Source: Rhodosorus marinus CCMP1338 (taxonomy: Eukaryota > Plantae > Rhodophyta). Taken from it: a DNA stretch of 248,000 nt. The position numbers and the translations under genes are program-made. Shown one piece after another: positions 170,201 to 183,700 of the stretch. Numbering within the stretch: position 1 is the stretch's first letter; each line of letters begins with the position of its first letter. Below the pieces are notes generated by a model, which was given only the letters and a program-made list of their open reading frames with translations, ran no database searches and was not told the origin of the DNA. The stretch is from NCBI GenBank assembly GCA_029953675.1, contig JAMWBK010000004.1:1012001-1260000 (forward strand), read 5' to 3'.

Positions 170201-172035
170201 ACCACGACGACGTGTGCCTGCTGGGGCCCCCTGATACTCTAGCGCTCGCTTATGATCGTCTCCGCTCCTTGGCTTCGCGGGTTGACCTGGAGGTTAATCA
170301 TCACAAATCGTTCTACTGGGGAGGTGTAGCTGCACAAGAGCAGCAGGTACCTGCGTCGTTCCAGGATATTTGGAGACCGGATGGTTTTGTCCACTTAGGC
170401 ATCCCCTACGGGTCGCCGTCCTTCGTTGAAGGCGAGTTGCTGCAGCTCCTCGGTAAGCACAGACAGCTGGTTGCAGAGCTTCGACGGCTACCTCCGGGCT
170501 TTCTCCAGTGCTCGTTGTTGCTGTTTCGGTATTGTTGCAGTCAGCGGTTAACCTATTGGCTTCGCTCACTTCCAACTCATTGGGGCCGGTGGTTGGCCAC
170601 TCGTGCGGATGCTGAAAGTTTCCGTGACCTGGGGTATTTTCTCGATGAAGAGCTGAGCGCTCTGCCGCGACCCACCTGTGATGTTGTGCGCGCCCAGGTA
170701 GGCCTCCCATTGCGATTGGGGGGACTGGGCCTCTGCAATCGTGTTGTGGTCCAACCTGCAGCCGCAGTAGGGGCCTGGGGAACCGCACTTCCCACTTTGA
170801 GCAGCTTGGGTATCTCGAAGTTCCGCAATTTGATGGCGAGCCTCTCGCGGGGTGTCTTGCTTCCCAGCGTACCGGAAAGCGCCCAAGACTTGTTTCTGGA
170901 GCTCCAAACCGCCCTGAACTCCTGTACTAGTCTCCCCGAAACCGTTCAACCCCGTCTTCCTGACTGGCGAGCTGTATTTGACCGCTCTCGAGGCTCCGCC
171001 CCGGGGATTCGTCCTGCGCCTGAACCTGTTCTAGGGGAGATTGACCCAGTGGTTGCCGCAGAAGAAGAAGTTCCAGTTGATCCTCCTGATGATTCCCAGC
171101 GCGCTGGGAGCCGAGCTCAAGCACGCACGGATGCGCTGCAAAATATCCTTTCTTGGGACTTGCACCGTGCTGCATATGGCCGACTCCTCGCGCAGATGGT
171201 CTCATCTTCTCGCGCTCGCGCCCGCCTACGTAGTCTTGGAGGGGTTCTTAGCTCTCAGTGGCTCATGACCGTACCAGCCTTTCCGCCACTCACACTGTCG
171301 GATTTCGAAGTGCGTACTTCACTGCGCTTATACCTCGGCTTACAGCAGCCCCCTTGGCCGTACGAGATGGGTTCGTCGTGCCCTCTCTGCTCTCAGACTG
171401 AAGACAACGCAGATTTTGGCGCCCACCTGCTCGCTAGTTGCCCGGCGGTGAAAGGTGCTCGAACCCGCCGCCACACACGGATCTTGAACCTGTTATACCG
171501 GGAACTTCGGCCTATAGTCCAGCAAGCCGGTCTGGAAATCGAACGTGAGAAACCTTTACCCGTCGCGGGCTTTCAAAATGATGAACGCCGCGTAGCCGAC
171601 CTGGTGATAACCTGTGACGACAGCCGCCGTACCACATACGTTGATCTTGCTGTTCCCAACCCTCAAGCTAGTCGTTATCTCCCGGCTGCGGGGGAGCGCC
171701 GTGGATCTGCCGCCGCCAGCATGAGACGCCGCAAAGAGATCAAATACGCGGGGGCTTTGTCTTCCCCTGGTGTTCGTGCTTCGGCACTAGCACATCGCTT
171801 GGTACCCCTGATCATTGAGTGCTTTGGGTTCATGGACTCTGTTGGTTCTCGCTGGCTTCGGGAGTTGTTCCGCGAACGCCCTGACCGTCTTCAATCGTTG
171901 TTTACCCGCTTAAGTTTCCTGCTGTGGCGCATGAATGCCGCTTTGATGTTGGAGGCGCGAGTACTTCGCCGCGCTTAGTCTTTTTTTCCCCTCGGGTTTT
172001 TTTTTTTTTTCAGCCTCCGATTAAACCATTCATTC
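167290..172035 (+). mobile_element. Most intact CRE-like family A element: ORF1 167545-168843; ORF2 168836-171978 with one 1-bp frameshift at ~169105
   Basis: RT (AIRPIGLVE, VDFTNAFN, GVQQGDPLSP, YHDDV), CPLC zinc motif, PD-(D/E)xK-type RLE, tail ttaaaccattcattc. Confidence 0.95.
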
Positions 172036-173194
172036 AATCAGTCTGAGATCAGCATCCACATCTTCCAAAACAACACGGTCTACGATGCTACCCTTAAGCG
172101 GACAATTGTACCATTCGTTCGGTACGAACGAATGGTTTAATCGGAGGCTGAAAAAAAGCCTCCGTTCGGTAAGCGGACAATTGTTCTAGGTTTTAAACAA
172201 TTTTCACCTTTTCAATCATATATATGTAACCTCGGGGGGGTGATGGGCGTTCTTGACATGCGGGAAAAACTGAATCTGGACGGCAAAAAGTTCTTTATAT
172301 GGTTTTATTGTGGTACTATTTGGTGATGTATGTTTTTGGGTTAAATTGTAAAAGCCGTTATTTGTGGAATGAAGCGAGCATTTTGTGAAACTCCTGATTG
172401 GCTTAAGTAATATTGAAAATATATTGTTTTATGACAAGTTTAGGGCTGGGCCCCTTTTTGAACGAATTTTGGTTTGAGTGTCTTCTGAATGAATGGTTTA
172501 ATCGGAGGCTGACAAAAAACCCCGAGGGGAAAAAAAGACTAAGCGCGGCGAAGTACTCGCGCCTCCAACATCAAAGCGGCATTCATGCGCCACAGCAGGA
172601 AACTTAAGCGGGTAAACAACGATTGAAGACGGTCAGGGCGTTCGCGGAACAACTCCCGAAGCCAGCGAGAACCAACAGAGTCCATGAACCCAAAGCACTC
172701 AATGATCAGGGGTACCAAGCGATGTGCTAGTGCCGAAGCACGAACACCAGGGGAAGACAAAGCCCCCGCGTATTTGATCTCTTTGCGGCGTCTCATGCTG
172801 GCGGCGGCAGATCCACGGCGCTCCCCCGCAGCCGGAGTGTCTTCTAGGGTTCTTCTACGGCGCGGGGGGGTGGGAGTCGGGCGTGTCCGGTGAGGACGTG
172901 CGTTTTTTTATTGATAATGCGCTGTGTGAAGGAGTAGCTTGGTAGGAATACTTTAGTATTTCGTTTGGTATTTTTTAGAACGTTTGAGGAGGGTCCTCGG
173001 TGTTGTTCCCGGGGTTTTGCTCGCCGGGGGAGGTTTTCGATATGGGTAGCACCGGGAACGCCCTGGAGAAGTTGGTACGTTGTCTTTGAGGACGGGCTTG
173101 AGTCGATTAAATTCTCTTATCTGACTCCTTGATCTCTTTTGTGGGGCGGCTTTTGCTTTGCTTTGCTGGGCTTTTGTCGCAAAACCGCTAGCCC

Positions 173195-174528
173195 TTGCTT
173201 GATTGCAAGTATGAGAGCCGGGCGGAATCAAAAGCCAATAGACGCAGAGCGGTGACGGGTATCGCTCTTATGTGTGCCGCGTCTGTGAGCTTCGCGGCGA
173301 TGGCTACCACAGTGCGATGGGGGTCGGCAAGTTTGTCCAGCCCGTACTTGGCGTTTACGAGAGCCCTCATGCAAGGGCTATTTGCGCTCCTGTATTGTGC
173401 GAAGTTCAGAATCAATCCCTTTGGGCCGAAGGAAGCACGTGCTGTCCTGGCGCTGCGAGGCGTTACTGGGTTTATGAATGCCACGAGCTACTACTTCACG
173501 CTTAGGTTTCTTCCGATTGGAGACGCCAACGGTAAGCACCCAGCCAGCAACACCCACACCTGCCCTGAGAAACAGCAGCTTTCTTCCATTTTTTTTGGAT
173601 AGCATTGACCTGTACTGGTCCAATTATTACAATGGTCATGGCGTCTATATTCCTTGGCGAGAGCTTTCGTTATTTCCATGTCTTCGGCGCAGCAGCGGCC
173701 TCGATTGGGGTACTTCTTGTTCCTGGCCCCAATGAAATTATTAAGAATCTTAGCAGCTCAGCAGGAGGGATGACGAGGCTCATTGGAACATGCTGCGCGC
173801 TCAGTCAAGCAGTATCCGGTAGTATGTCTTATCTTGCGATTAGGACGGTCGGCAACAAGGCGAGCTTTGCTTGTAGCGTCTTTGCGTTCAGTCTGTACGT
173901 AGCCTCTCTGATGGCAGTGGAAGGCTACATCTTGGGAACGCCCGTTTTTATGCTGCCCAGGAGCTCGAGGGAGTGGCTTGTTATCCTACTAGGCGGTTCG
174001 TTTGCACTGTTGGCTAACAGTTTGCTCTCGATGTCTCTGCAGATGGTGGAAGCGAGTAAGTCACCATTTTCCGCGTTAATACCTCTAGATATAGATTTAC
174101 TTCATTGCTCATGCCAACTTAAAAGGAATAGGGAAACTCTCGCCCATGAGTAACCGGTCGTTAGTGGACCGAACCCGTTTCTTCCGAAGGCTTGACTTTT
174201 TTAGTATATATCCGGCTAACCGTTGTGTTGCTTCGCAGGCAAATCTGGACCCGCGAGGAATCTCCAGCTGCTCTTCGCGTTCGTTTTCGGATGGCTATTC
174301 TTGGGAGAAACGCCAAAGATCGAGTCGATTATCGGATCATGTATTATTCTATCAGCAATATTGTGCATTGGGTACAAAACCCTCGAAGAGGAGAGAAACG
174401 AATATCCAGACTCTCCATCCCCGTTTCCACCTGAGACCCCAACCCAGACATGTAGCGATGTGTGTAGTAGCTACCGTGTGGCTAGCTGGAGGCGATCCAG
174501 AACATTATTCACAGAGAAATGTCCTTAG
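173195..174528 (+). CDS. EamA/DMT family transporter, spliced
   Basis: Two EamA-like hydrophobic repeats (LRFLPIGDA, PIITMVMASIFLGE, FGWLFLGETP) across GT-AG introns; start uncertain. Confidence 0.8.
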
Positions 174529-175399
174529 CAAATTTCTTCATTTGATACTAGTAAATGCCAACTGCAACCAACAGGTTTTTTCGGGCAACAGTATGGTATG
174601 CAGACTCACCGGCCCACTCGACTAAAAAAACAACAAACCGTAAATCTCCATCCATTCAGGTCCATCCCGAATTCATTCACCCTGTTACGGACCTGGCCTA
174701 TCCGGGAAATGGAATCAACTTGCGCGACATAACCCGACCTTCATCCCACAACATCGACTCTCCCCCCCACCCCCCTTCCCCTCCCGGACGGATCCATCTC
174801 ACGCTGACACAACACGTCAGTCCAATCCAATAAGAATCCTAGTACCCAGTACGCACACACAACTTGTCAAATATATTCTTTTGATATTAAACAATTTATT
174901 CCTTTAAGGGACGTCCAAATCTTCAACAAATAGGAAAATCGATTCAAAATAATTTGTAATTCATCACATTTGAGATAGAACCCTTGACCAATCCCATGTG
175001 GAGCCTTCCGACGAACCGGCGATGAAACGACGCGGACAGTCTGTCCTGTCCGGACGACGAAGATTTTTTTATTATTGAATAGTTTATTAAAAAATTAGCT
175101 CACCGGTTGGGAATAATTAAAAAAACGAAAAGGATGATGTGGAGACTTGTCAGATAATTGTTTTTCAAAATGAGAACAAATTCTTCTTGTATTTTGGGAA
175201 AAGGAACGTGAAATTCTGCGATTTTTTTGACATTTCTGTTTTTTTTTCTGGGATTTTGGATGTTACAGGCTGTCATGAAACTACCATTGGCCATTCGGGA
175301 TCGGGGATTTCGTGGATTGACGGAAGAAAGTAGGATTTTTTTTTTTTTGGCCGGGCGGGCGGAGGAGGAGGTTGAAGACGATGGAACCATTTGGAGACT

Positions 175400-176251
175400 C
175401 TGTCATGCTTTCTGCAGTTCAGTGAAGCGCTATGGTACTGTTTTTTGTTGACCTCTGCCATGAGTAAAGCCTCCACTGACGAAGCTTATAAAAAGGAAGA
175501 AAAACGCAACCCGATAGGGGGACATCGAGACCTCTAGCCCCCTGGACAACAGGGGGCTAGAGCTGTCCAATTGCCAAGCGCTCGGCAAGGTCAGTGTTTA
175601 TTGTACGAGCTGCTTGTCAGATCAGGTCGTGGACTGGATAAGCACCATACTCACTGCCGAGATCGTTTAGCCGCGTGTGCAGCCAGCCATAATGCCTAGC
175701 AAAGGAGTGGAAATTGCTGAGAGACAGTTGTGAAACTCAGACTGAACCTGGAGCTCTTACCTGCTCTCGTCGTCTGCTACTTGTAAAAGTTCATCATAAA
175801 AGTCTTCCGGCATTTCCACGTTGCTGAACCGAACCATCGCGTCCCAGCACAGATTTATCGCGTTCAGCTCGACGTGAGCTAGCGAATGCAAATATAATAA
175901 TATTGCGGAGCCTTCGGCTTCCTTTGGTTTCGGCATTTCGGGTGGGTCCAGTACAGCTGGCCGCTCGATTCTAGCCCACGATTCAGGTGCTTCAGCTGGG
176001 GCCAATCCACGAACACGCAGATTCCCGCCCATAAACAGCTTTCTAGCCTCATGAGTCAATACTTTCTTCTGCCAGGGCTCTTTCTCTGTCAAAACAGCCC
176101 TGCCATACTCAAGCAAGGACTCCAAGTATACACGGCTCGTACTCAACGCTTTTCTCCCTCCGTTCCTACTTAAACAAATACGAGCACAAAAAGCAAGCCC
176201 CATACCCGCTGAAAACGCCTCAAGCTTGAACTGACTACTGCTCAGCTCCAA
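175400..176251 (-). pseudogene. DUF455/ferritin-like family pseudogene
   Basis: LHSLAHVELNAINLCWD, DESRHY; second exon has in-frame stops and ARGLD. Confidence 0.75.
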
Positions 176252-176369
176252 ACGGTTGTTATCCCAATCGAACGATCACACCGCGCTTTTCTACCTGAGA
176301 ATCTTCGGTGCTACTAATCTTGCACTCGACTAAGCGCCACTGCCACTAGTAAAGTCCAGTAGACACCAG

Positions 176370-178510
176370 TCCAGTAAAGCCATTCAGCACCTACCCGACA
176401 GCATGCTGCAATCGGCCTGCTTGCTTTCCGGCTTTTGTGCCGGTCCCAGACTCAACTACTGGTTGCGCAGCCTGCCTCCAGCTTGGGGCTCGTGGATCGC
176501 GGCTAAAGCCGACGAGATGACCCTGCAAAACTGGGGAACGCTCTTGGATGAGCTCCTCGATCTTGAAGCTGCTCCCGACAGGGACTTGATTCGTGCACAG
176601 ATCGCTCTACCGTTGCGATTAGGGGGATTCGGCGTCGCAGACCGTGGGCTGGTATGCTCGCGAGCGGCGGTTGCCTCCTGGGCTACCGCGCTGCGAACGT
176701 TGGTGACCTTCCAGATGCGAAGTGCCTGCCTCTTGGCTCGAGCTTTGACCAACGAGGATCCAGTGACCCTGCCGCCCCCGCTTTTGACAATTTATGATGG
176801 TCTTCAACACGCGTTCAGGAGGTGCTACGCCGTGCCGGACGCAAATCGGTCCCGCTTTCGTTCCTGGAGGGAGCTGATATGGGGACGAGCTGAAGCGTTT
176901 GAGGATTCTCCCCTCGACCGAGTTCTTGCCGATGACGGAGAGGCTAGCCCCGGGTCACCTGTTGCAGACTACCCGGGTTTGAGCCGATTGTGGAGCTCCT
177001 GCACTGATGTGATTCAACATAGCCTCACCTGTGGCCAACACAGTGCCGCTCACACAGTCATGCTCAATTCTCCTTTCACGCCGCCTACCACTGCCGCTCG
177101 TCTCCGCGGCATGGCAGGCCACCTCTCTCACTTGTGGTTAACCACTCTACCGTCGTCATTGAGTCATCGTCTCGATGCTTTCCAGTTCCGTTCTGCCGCA
177201 CGGATCTATCTCGGTTTGCCACAGGCTCCGTGGCACTCTAATCGGCCGTCTTTCTGTCAGGGATGTGAGAGCCGGATTGACGCTTGTGGCTACCACTTCC
177301 TGGGTTCCTGCGGACTGTTGAAAGGTCTCCGTACGAGGCGTCACACTCGCCTCAAGTACATCCTCAGCGAATTTTTGACTCGGATAGGGCATACGGTTGA
177401 GGTTGAGTCGGAACTGCCCAGATCAATCTCGGACTCTGCACCGCCCCGTTGTATAGCCGATCTCCTCGTCTCCGACGCTGCTGCCAGACGCTCAACATAT
177501 GTGGACCTTGCGATTACCTGCCCCGTGGCCAGCGCCCACCTCACCGCAGCCGCCCGCCGCCGGGGGGCCGCGGCTTCAGCCCTTCGAAGAGTTAAGGAAC
177601 GACGGTATGCTGAGAGCATGGCCAGTCTGCCTTGCGCTGAGGGTCGCTCTCACCGGTTCCAGCCATTCATTGTGGAAAGCTTTGGTCACGTCGATATGTC
177701 GGGTTTAGAGTGGTTGCGGAAATGTTTTGCTGAGCATCCTACGGAATATTTGGCGCTCTTGAGGCGTTTAAGTGTCTCCCTTTGGCGATATTCCAGCGAC
177801 ATGCTTTCCGAGGCGCGCCATCGGCGCCTGGGGTTGTATGCTTCCCTGCCTAGTTATTAGTTCATCTTCACGCCTTGCGTAGCGCTTCAGGCTATGCTAG
177901 TAAAGTCCAGTAAAGTCCAGTAAAGTCCACTGAATGAGCACATTTTGTTAGCTTTTTACTCACTGTAGCGAAATTTTGGTGTGCATTTTTTGCTGGAATG
178001 GCGCATTCGTTGAGCATCCGGTAAATTCTGGATTTAGATTGGTGAAAATATACACAAAATGGACGTTGGGATTTGTTGGGCTTTACTGGACTTTACTGGA
178101 TTTTACTAGCATAGCCTGAAGCGCTACGCAAGGCGTGAAGATGAACTAATAACTAGGGAGGGAAGCATACAACCCCAGGCGCCGATGGCGCGCCTCGGAA
178201 AGCATGTCGCTGGAATATCGCCAAAGGGAGACACTTAAACGCCTCAAGAGCGCCAAATATTCCGTAGGATGCTCAGCAAAACATTTCCGCAACCACTCTA
178301 AACCCGACATATCGACGTGACCAAAGCTTTCCACAATGAATGGCTGGAACCGGTGAGAGCGACCCTCAGCGCAAGGCAGACTGGCCATGCTCTCAGCATA
178401 CCGTCGTTCCTTAACTCTTCGAAGGGCTGAAGCCGCGGCCCCCCGGCGGCGGGCGGCTGCGGTGAGGTGGGCGCTGGCCACGGGGCAGGTAATCGCAAGG
178501 TCCACATATG
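176370..178510. mobile_element. Tail-to-tail family B copies (plus 176370-177930; minus 178081-178510)
   Basis: 485-aa and 127-aa RLE ORFs with facing decamer tails. Confidence 0.9.
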
Positions 178511-179319
178511 TGCTAGGATTTGTTTGCATCGATCGAAGTGAAATTTGGAGACAGATTCTATGCCCCTAAGATTAGTTTGATAAGCGACGCCGCTTGAGCT
178601 CCTTTCTCTTCGTTCTCTTCCTTCCCAAAGCCTGCTTCGTGAAGGTCCGCCAGTTTTTGTCTTTCAGTAATGCTGGCTCTCCGGTACTTGTAGTCGTCGG
178701 GCCCCGTCAGCTTGAACCATCTCAGGAAACATGTGACAGAATCCATACTCTTTGCTTTGTTTTCATCATCAGGCAAATTCTGGATTTAGATTTTGTTTTA
178801 TATCACAAAATGCATATTGGGAGTCTTTTCATACATCGAAGTGAAAACAGGGTACAGAGCCTGTATACTATATGAAGAGAATCTAGTGCAAGCGCTACGT
178901 AGGGTGTAAAAAGGAACTAGGAACTAGGGAAAAGCGTGCAACCCCGGGCGGCGCGGTGGCGCGAACTCAGTGAGCATGCTGCTAGAATATCGCCAAGGAG
179001 CGAAGCTTTATCTGCGTAGGAGTCTGAGACCTTCAACAAGGGTCAGTAAAAACATTTCCGCACTCACTCCAATCTTGACTGTTCCAGATGCCCAAAGCCT
179101 TCCACAATGCAAATCTGGAACCTTTGGGAACGGCCCTCTGCCCAGAGGGGACAGTCCATGCTCTCTGCACACTGTCGTTCCTTCGCCCTGCGTAGCATTT
179201 CAGGCCACGTACATAAGATAAAGCAACTCCTGTGCAGGTATGGTCAGGCAATTTTGTCATTTCCCATCACCCGATTCAAAAAAATTTGGTGCAAGTTATT
179301 TATTCAAGTATGCTCATAA

Positions 179320-180729
179320 CTAGTTCCGTATAATCCCAGCAATGTCACCATATAGTCCCAATATTAGGGCCGTCAGTCCAAACATGATTATTACCACGCT
179401 AAGTGCGGTGAAAAGATGCTCCTTTCCCTTTCTCTCTCTAGCAAACGCATAAATATCAATACCCGCAGGCCAAAGCATCATGGTCTGAGAGGCAATCAGA
179501 GAAGAAATAAGAGCTAGATAGATCTTAAAAGATGGAATTACAGTATTCACAAGGGTTTCTAGCACAACCACGATGAGGGCCCATAAAAACCACCACAGCA
179601 ATGCCGCAGGTTTCAAACTCGTCAGTTTTGCAACCTTGTATGGACCGTTGTCTTTGCCAAAAACAATTCGTTTAACAAACGGTTCAGCAGCCCTCTGGAC
179701 CCCAGAAATCAGCACTTGACCCGTCACAATTATCGCAATCGCTGCGTGTATAACAACACAAACATCGGCTACGATCGCAGCTGCTCCTGGCTGAAGCGAG
179801 TTCGTGAATGGAGATACCAGCCACGTCGCATCTCCCGCAAGCCCGTACACTACAGAGCCAGTAGTCGCGTAGAACAGGTACGCAAAGGTCTGAGAAAAGA
179901 CCAACGAGTATGGAAAATTCTTAATAAACTTCATCGCGCTCATAATCTCGAGGAATACGACCGCACCGGCAAACGCGTACAGAATATCCATTGCAGCGAT
180001 TACGCAATCTGATGTTCCATAATACGAAAACAGTACTCGTTGCCCGACCGGATACGCTACTGGATCCTTCACCATGCTCGCAATCACGAAGAAGGAAATT
180101 ACAACTGGAATAATGATAGTCGCAATGGCGATGACAGAAGTGAACGCCATTGCCTTGAAGCTCCTGAGCTGCAATACAACAAGAGAGACGAATCCAGCGA
180201 TGACCATCCACTCTGTGAGAGATACGGTGGATCCGCTGAAAAGTGCACTCCATGCTTGAGCCTGTGTGTAGCTGAACGCGGCGGAGTACAAGAATAGGAG
180301 TGGATATGTGTTGAATCGAGCAAAAACCAACCCCTTCTTCCCAAAGGCACCGTTGAACAATTCCGGGTACGAATGCACTCCTTCGTACTTCTGGTATCGC
180401 AAGCGCCAAAGAAGGAAACCCGCACACATCGAGAGCACCCAGCACAGCAAAAGAGTAAGATGTCCTGGTATCCATCCTAGAGTCGCGAAAGCGTTTGGAA
180501 TGCTCAACACTCCCGTACCAACCATATCCACGACCAGCAAAAACATTGCAAGTGCAACACTCAGATTCTCGCAGGTATCATCTACGGCGTCTCCGCTCTC
180601 GATGTCTTTCCTATGTTCCACTGCTTCCTTCAAGTCATTAAGCGAGTCATCGGTGACACTGGCCACGTCCACAACGACGGCGCTCTTGAAGGTACACTCC
180701 TCACCAAGCCTAGAATCAACTGATGCCAT
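179320..180729 (-). CDS. AAAP permease paralog 2
   Basis: 469 aa, colinear with paralog 1. Confidence 0.92.
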   Translation of the reverse strand: MASVDSRLGEECTFKSAVVVDVASVTDDSLNDLKEAVEHRKDIESGDAVDDTCENLSVALAMFLLVVDMVGTGVLSIPNAFATLGWIPGHLTLLLCWVLSMCAGFLLWRLRYQKYEGVHSYPELFNGAFGKKGLVFARFNTYPLLFLYSAAFSYTQAQAWSALFSGSTVSLTEWMVIAGFVSLVVLQLRSFKAMAFTSVIAIATIIIPVVISFFVIASMVKDPVAYPVGQRVLFSYYGTSDCVIAAMDILYAFAGAVVFLEIMSAMKFIKNFPYSLVFSQTFAYLFYATTGSVVYGLAGDATWLVSPFTNSLQPGAAAIVADVCVVIHAAIAIIVTGQVLISGVQRAAEPFVKRIVFGKDNGPYKVAKLTSLKPAALLWWFLWALIVVVLETLVNTVIPSFKIYLALISSLIASQTMMLWPAGIDIYAFARERKGKEHLFTALSVVIIMFGLTALILGLYGDIAGIIRN

Positions 180730-183700
180730 TTTTCTGCACTATTTTCATTCACAATATTTCTCAGTTACTGATGACGTCCTAAACAGGAGGCCAGACTTCA
180801 ACGCTGATGAGGTGTGACTATAAATCCTCTTCGTGAGAAGTTCGCATAGCATGTTCCTTGCCGAGTTCACCGTTGTGTCCATGTAGAGAATAGCTGATTG
180901 GATCTATCGCAAGCCTACGAAATCCCGAAATAGCACAAAAGTACTCATAGCTCTCCGGGAAGGAGCGCAAAGCGATCAGCTCATTGCGAGCGCTCACTGC
181001 CGCGAGCTAAGCGCATATTGATTGAACATGTGTGTCTTGTCCACTGGACTGGACTTTACTTTCTTGTCCACCGAGTCCATATCTTTATAAATCGATGGGG
181101 TTTCTCGAGAAGGTGAGTGGACTGCTAACTATTTCAGCAGACAATAGTCCATACCTAGCCATTTCCTCTGCTCTGTATGTTTTGAACTTGGGAACTCGAG
181201 AAACTCCTTCAAACCCCGCCTTCAATGCTGCACAAGTCCAGTTCTTCTTCTCCTAACTTGTTTCTACTATTATGGAGCAGATCATTTAGTCTGACATACA
181301 ACTTCTTGCTGGAGTTATCAGGCATGCAGGATCTAGCACCACGTTGTGTATCCAGGGGGGTACTTCAATTGTTGTGCCCGAACCCCTTCGTTTCGGAGGT
181401 TGTTTGTGAAGTATCCACAGCTAGTAACCCAAGACAAGGGCAGTCGAAGTGCAGCAAAAAAAACGATCATAATATTACTGTAAACGATACGCCCAATCAG
181501 AATAGTATTGTCAACTGCATTCCCATTCAAAACCAAACCTTCTCGCAGTCCACGCCAGTCCAAAAATATATACTAGACAAAATGCTCGTTTTCTCCGAGG
181601 AATGGTTTCTATTCGTAGAAAGGACCCGGGGAGAAATCAACAATGCCCCGAAGGCGATATCCTAGGCAACATCATAGCTGAAGTAGACTACCACCGCCTT
181701 TGTTTGCAGGTTTTACTGCCTCATATCTAGATCAGATTACTCCCACGCGGTCCGATTAAGTCTGAGTTACTACAACCACTACCACCTCCCGAGGGAGAAA
181801 AAAAAAATCGCGTCCCCTCAAACGTTGAAAAAGCGTTTATACGCCGCATGAGAATTCGGTTAAACGGCGAGGAGAGCGAGTCGAGGCTCTCACGGAACAT
181901 TTCGCAGTGCATATCTCTTGGTGTTAAAGCGCACGAAGAGTACCAGTGATGCACTGCGGTACGCAACTAACTGCTGAATAAAGTTTTCCTGCTAGAGCGC
182001 ACAAATAGTGCTCGTTGTTCGCTGCCCTGGGTAGCTGCTGAATAAAGGGTTGAACAGATCTGACTAGTTAATGGATATAACACGAGCTGTCAGCCTCTCC
182101 AAAAGAGAGCAAAGAGGTATCAGCCCCTCCTAAACAAGTCAAAGAGCTGTCAACGAGCAGCTAGGCAAACCCACCACCAACCGAGAAAAGTCCTGAATTT
182201 TTCTCCGTTCACGCTCGGAGAATTACTCGAAATACGATACGACGACAATGTCCCTTTTCACGCGAATATTGTTTTGCGCAACTTTTAAAGCAGTAGCTTA
182301 AAATAGTATGACGGGCCCAAGGGGAAAGGAACAACTGGAGAAAAACTTCAATACCGCGGCATCTATAAAAGTACTCTGAAACGGCAAAATATGCGATTAA
182401 GACCCTTTCTTTTTCACGAGCATTGTTTTTTAACAAAATTTGCTGTGGGAGCTTAAAATAGCTTTTTTCTAATTGATCCAGGAGAATGGGGCAATGAGGC
182501 ATGCCCCATTAAAGGGGCCAGCCGCATTACTACGGAAAAGCTGTCGATGGGTCACCCTCTCTTTTTAAGTTTACTTAATACATGTGGAAAGGCTGTCCCA
182601 GTTCTATACGCCCCCATACTACAAAATACAATATATTGAGCTTATTCTTACAAGGAAAAAAAGCTTTGATTGCAGGTTGCCAATTGAACTATTAAACTGA
182701 AACGTATTAGACTGGCAATAGGTAACTAAACCAATTCGTTTCATCCGGTATGGCGGTACTTATTTTAACGGGTTCGAGGGAACTTGTGCCTTATCGGATG
182801 GGATATGCGGGGCCTTTGTCTCCCCCAGGCATTCGTGCTTCGGCTCTAGCTCCTCGCCCGGTACCTCTGGTCATTGAGTGCTTTGGGTTTCTGGATTCGG
182901 TTGGTTCTCGCTGGCTTCGGGAAGTATTCCGCGAACGCCCTGACCGTTCTGTCCTCGTTGTTTACTCGTTTAAGTTTCTTGCTGTGGCGTATGAACGCTT
183001 TGATTCTGGAGGGCGCGATCTTCGCCGCGTTTAGTCTTTTTTTCCCCTCGGGGTTTTTTCTTCCGTCTCCGATTACACAGATTCATTCATCGGATGGGCA
183101 AAACGGTTCAAATCAGTATCTCAACGAGCATAGAGCGTGCCCTATTACCGTTCCAATACATTTCAGCCGAATAATTTATTTGATAATAGGGCACGCCCTA
183201 TGCGGATGGCGGTAACTGATTTCAAAGGTCCCGCCTAAAGTTGTGCCCTATGATATGGACCAATGGTCGATTTCGACAGGCTTAAGCTTTGATACCTTAT
183301 ACGTGCCTTGATACCTTACACGTGCCTTGATACCTTATACGTGCCCTATGGAGCACTATCGCCCATGGCAAGCTGTCTTCGTTGTGAAACACATAGAGCA
183401 GCTGAGGGGCTGTTGCATGGATTGCATAGGTCTCGAGCTGTTAAGACTGCTTCTGTTGGATTTTTTAAGGGCGTAAGAACAAAGAACACTGAATATGGTC
183501 TAGCAAGAGTGATTTGGCGGAGGCGTATCCGTTTAGCGGTTTTGAATCAGACGTTTATCTTCTTGTCAACTACTCGTTGATCAAGCGAAGAGCTCTTCGT
183601 GTTTGGAGAGCTGAGATGTACTGTGCTTGTTGGGCGCGTTACTTCTTGCAGTCGGTGTGAACCAGGAGACTTGCGGCTGAGGGCTTTCCTGGATAAGCCG

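Noticed and set aside
175530-175565. Hairpin as a terminator or Helitron 3' end
   Set aside because: No T-tract or CTRR end; better explained as an inverted micro-duplication inside the pseudogene exon.
180765-180820. Two CTGATGA words suggesting a hammerhead ribozyme
   Set aside because: No properly placed GAAA or stems; lies antisense in the AAAP leader, and the first word is not conserved in the paralogs.
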